Shown here in pieces: positions 60,001 to 64,000 of a DNA stretch of 64,000 nucleotides (position 1 is its first letter; each line of letters begins with the position of its first letter). Position numbers and translations under genes: made by a program. The notes under the pieces were generated by a model. The model did not search any database, was not told the origin of the DNA, and saw nothing but the letters and a program-made list of their open reading frames with translations. The stretch spans positions 14,942,001 to 15,006,000 of the forward strand of contig OZ116701.1 in NCBI GenBank assembly GCA_964199315.1, read 5' to 3'. This DNA is from Orbicella franksi. Its lineage: Eukaryota.

Positions 60001-61169
60001 CTCCTATATCCTGCCCTGGATGATAGCTCCACTTGTTGTCCTCCCCAAAGCATTAGCACACAAGTATTGAAATAGGCTGCTGTGTGGAAAGAACAACAAA
60101 AATCGCGTAGCAATCGGTTTTCCTGAGGCTGGCCACTTTGGTTGAAAGGTCCATTCACCCGATAGGCTACGAGAATAGTGCAAGTACTTGGGCGTGGTTA
60201 GCGATTCAGACTTTTTGCTTAAAATTTTTACACATTTTCGCTCCCTTATTCGACGTTGTTGAGGAAATTTTTCCCGCACCCAATTTTAAATCTTAATGCC
60301 GCGTGATGCGAAATGCGTCAACCCAAAGGGACCGAAATGTGATGAGAATACAGCAAAGCAGACAAGTGATTCTCAGATTGGGATATTAATTAGATTATAC
60401 GTTGTTTAATTAAAGGGAATAAAATTCCAGCAATTGACCAACTTACGAGATTGAGCGCCAAGTAAATTTGCCAGCCAGAGGAGTTTTCAGTATGATTTCA
60501 ATTATTTCCAAATGTCTCAAGTGTTTTTGTCCTATTGCCTGCTAATTACATGTATATCGTGCCATGGACCTCATGGAAAATAAGCGGAAGTTGCTTGAAT
60601 GGGAGTTAAGCACAGCAGCATAACAAACATGCCATGAAATCAAGAGGTAAACGAAGGTACTTGAATCTGTAGGATGAATATGTAATTACAAGATCAAGCA
60701 CGATAGAGTTTCAACTGGTACTCTTTCAACTAACTGAACCAGGTAGTGATAGATCAACTAAAATTATTTTTCAAGTTTCTATGTTTGGAGTTAAATAAAC
60801 AAAACCAGAAACGTCAATTTAGCTAAAGAGATTTCAAGCCTTGACGGGCCTGGCAAGTCTTGATTTAGTGTTCTGTTTAGAGAAAGAGCAGAGGTGAATT
60901 AAAAAAAGGCAAGCACCGAGTGCACCTGTGCACATCGCCAGATGTCTCATCCAGGGAGAAGAGGAGGGAGTGAAGCTTCATGCGATAGTCAATGCATAAC
61001 ATTCAAAAGAAAGAGTGAGAAAAAATAAGGAAGACTGCCAGTTTTGAGACCACTTTAGTTATTAGGATTTGTGAGTGAGATTTGATGGTGGCATGAAAGC
61101 AACTTTTGTTAATGTATTGCACCACGTCTAAAATGAATGAGATAGAACTGGGAAAAAAGTTGTTGAACT

Positions 61170-61322
61170 GGTGGTTAAGACACCACTCTCACAGCGCTTC
61201 CCTCAAACCGGAGGTATTAAAGAGTACCGGTGATCTGATATAGCCAACGATGATTAGCAGTTCATACAGGACAAGGAGCACTCCAGCAATACTCCTAGTT
61301 ACTTCGTGCTATGGACCCGGCA
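61170..61322 (+). mobile_element. Degenerate SINE copy
   Basis: AAGACACCACTCTCACAGCGCTTCCCTC...GTACCGG...CAATACTCCTAGTTACTTCGTGCTATGG, same family as 9741-9929. Confidence 0.55.
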
Positions 61323-62495
61323 CAACAACCATACCATGGTAGGACTTTGAAAAGCGAACAAGTCAAAAGATATACCGGTATGCGTCAATGGAGACCAAAA
61401 ATTAAGGGGCTATGTTTCTTAAAAATGACTATGCAAGCACACTGAAGCTATTATAGGAGTGTCATCATGAGCTACGCATGCGCGAGGTTTTGATCTGAAA
61501 TTGACACGTCGGAGAGACTATTTCAAACTGCCGTGGTTTCCCGGATAATCTCGAAAAGCTACAGGAAACACAATTTACTTTAAGAATTAACTTTTAACTA
61601 GGTGCATTTAGGTCGCATTTGTGTATGAGAGAAGGTACTTAGTCATAATGTTAGCAGCGTTTTGACCAAAAATGCAGCAAAAGGCCTTCTCTATTAGATG
61701 CTTTTTGAACCAGAATCGTTCAGTTCATTGTAGTTTTTTCAAACTGGTAGTGGTTTTGATTGTTTCTTTTTCCTTATTTGTAGAAGAAAGGGAAAAGAAC
61801 AGGCTAGTCAGTATCCGTTGTCATGACGCCTAGGAAAGGGTCACTTGATAGTGCGACAGGGAAGAATCCACATTTGGTTTCCATGTTTTTTGTATGTGCG
61901 ATAAAATCCGGCAATGTTTCCTCCAATGACGCAAATATCTCCGTTGTTAGTCTATTCTTCTGACTGTGGGTATCACTTGTGTGATACAACGCAGCAGGTG
62001 CTCATCAGTTTCACACCTTAAATTAACCGAATGGATTATTCGGTGATGGTCTCGCTTTACAGTAACTATAATAATTAAGATGATTTCCGCAGAACATTCG
62101 AGCAATAATGGCAAAAATAAAATTGCCAAAAAAACACCATTACATGCTAAAATTTTGAATAAAGGTAAGAAGATCTTATCGAGACGTAAGCTCTCAAGCT
62201 GACCCCGCGAAAGAAAATTGAGCTTGGAGTTATCCGTATTTCAATAAAAACGGACGTTTCGCGTTAGTTGAAAACACAATAACACACGCATTAAGCATTC
62301 TTGCGAGGTTTGACATTAAATTTCTCGAGAATGCTTGGGGATTTAATCGCGGGGTCACCTAGAGAAATGAATTACAGCGAGATGTTTTAAATAGTATTTT
62401 AAAAGTAACCGTGCTGTGAGTAGATTTTCAGTAAAGAATTTTTGCACTTATTGTTCGAACTTTAAGCGGAATTCGTCTTAATTATCGGGATTTAC

Positions 62496-62644
62496 CTTTT
62501 CTTCTTTGCTCTTAGTAACAAAGGATCCCTTGGACGTCCACTGATGTTGAAGTAGCTCCTCACAACGCTGAAAAAACTCTTTATCCAGCCAATCGCGGCA
62601 CTTTGTTAGCGGAATAGGACGTTCTTTGAAGTAGTGAAACACTT
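62496..62644 (-). other. Isolated exon-like ORF (EVFHYFKERPIPLTKCRDWLDKEFFQRCEELLQHQWTSKGSFVTKSKEEK)
   Basis: ctacag acceptor, AAG|GTAAAT donor, raised GC, protein-like composition; no recognised family. Confidence 0.3.
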
Positions 62645-62730
62645 CTGTAGGGCATGCGGGAGGGACGTTCAGAAACATGGCACAACAACGAAAAACTGCT
62701 TCTTTACCGCCTTCAGCTGAAACAAGAGTT

Positions 62731-63031
62731 TAGAGAGAGTTTTAAAGGAGTGAAACCTTGGCTATGTCGTAAAACCAAAACCAAAGTAATCATCCTGGTC
62801 AATCACAAAGGACAAGGACAAAACAGTGAACCAATCAAGACAGAAAAAGTAGTTACATGTAGCTGACGCAAAGCGTGGGAAAATGAGTACGAGCGAGTCT
62901 CGATTGGTTTTGGTTTTACATTTGATTGGATGAGAAAGTGGCGCGAGTTTTTTTTTTTTTTTAAGCCAATAGTGTAGCATAGTTGATGCAAAACCAATTT
63001 CTTTTCGTCATTCAAAATAAAAACCACTCTA
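62731..63031. mobile_element. Palindromic MITE (TAGAG...CTCTA termini)
   Basis: Internal mirror GTAAAACCAAAACCAAAG / GATTGGTTTTGGTTTTAC; ends TAGAGAGAGTTTT / AAAACCACTCTA. Confidence 0.6.
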
Positions 63032-64000
63032 TCGACTTAGAAAGCCTGCAGTACCAAGGAAAGACACTGTATGCTTTTTGAACAAGAAACAGTGGGCTCA
63101 TCGGAATTACAATTCAAGCAAATTAAGCAAAGTCATTGAAAGTGATCTAAGCAGCATAAAACACTGAGCACTCGAACCTCCACCCATCAACTCCACGACG
63201 TAGGAATGATCTGGAATCTTTCTGATGTCCAAATACATGACCGTCACTGTTGTTAGACTGACGAGTAAATATGGATGTCGGTAGACACGTGGAAAATATG
63301 TCATATATTTATCCTGTCGATGGGGAAATATTAGAGTTGCATTTTAAATTAACTCAAATGTATGCTGGTTCCATGTGCAGGGTTCAATATCTGCTCCATT
63401 GTCCCCATCTATCTACATATCTCGACTACAACTTCCGAGCTTCTTGCGACAGGCATTGTTCTGTGCTGTTGTGTTTGAGTGCAGCTACTAAACATGTCAC
63501 TAGAGACAGAATTAGAAACCTTTCATTTTCGTTCATCTACGTTGTTGTTATCCGTTGGATACGCAAGACCAATATCTACCAGCACCTGCCACCAATGGGT
63601 CCAATACTATTTCGTTAATAGCATACACGTCCTGTTTTGCCTTTACCAGCCATATTCTATCCTTCTAAAAGCTGCGATGTTTTCAAAACCATTAAAAGAA
63701 ATTATCCATGGACAATGCAATTTGAGGTCGACTGGGGGAATCGAATCACGCGATGTGAACGCAGTCGCCCATGAAAAAATCCTTTCCTTTGACGAATAAA
63801 TTGGTGCTAGAAAAATCCCGATTGATCTTACAAGGCGTTTTGACTAACCAAACAGCTCAACCGACACGAGTAAGTTGCTCAGTCAGAAAACTGAGTAGAT
63901 ACAGGAGAACGAAATGAATTTATACACAGAACCCACGTTACATGACTACAACTAAGCGTTAAAAGCAAACAGAGCGCAACCTAACCTTGCCAATACAAAC

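Noticed and set aside
44659-63799. Dozens of 60-136-aa ORFs in the provided track
   Set aside because: They show no recognisable domains or consistent splice signals and are of the length expected by chance in non-coding DNA.
28000-64000. Window-wide enrichment of single TGACAG hexamers
   Set aside because: About 25 are expected by chance in 64 kb; only decamers and tightly spaced composites were kept.

Overview
Eukaryotic (animal) DNA with GT-AG introns. The repeat content and the Meis sequence point to an anthozoan cnidarian, probably a stony coral; the taxon is an inference. Two multi-exon genes can be spliced by hand, both on the minus strand. (1) A WDR64-like WD40 gene: 20 coding exons and 595 aa in the window (19503->235), continuing off the left edge. 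(2) A complete Meis TALE-homeobox gene: 10 exons, 527 aa (44120->36230). Meis lies in a gene-poor, CpG-rich region of about 36 kb. The WDR64 body is CpG-poor, rich in TACATGTA and full of MITEs, SINEs and DNA-transposon derivatives. The most interesting observations are: two perfect PBX-MEIS decamers (TGATTGACAG) plus other TALE/Hox sites at the Meis promoter, intron 7 and 3' flank, suggesting autoregulation; a 188-aa alternative frame in the last Meis exon that exon-9 skipping would enter, giving a homeodomain-less isoform; a Zator-like element carrying a second, divergent ORF; an AcademH-like derivative; one ~620-bp repeat found in the middle of both of those transposons; a dimeric ~168-bp tandem array; and a possible cryptic plus-strand gene head-to-head with WDR64. 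Family assignments come from recalled motifs and terminal/TSD rules, not database searches. No rRNA, tRNA gene or CRISPR array was seen.
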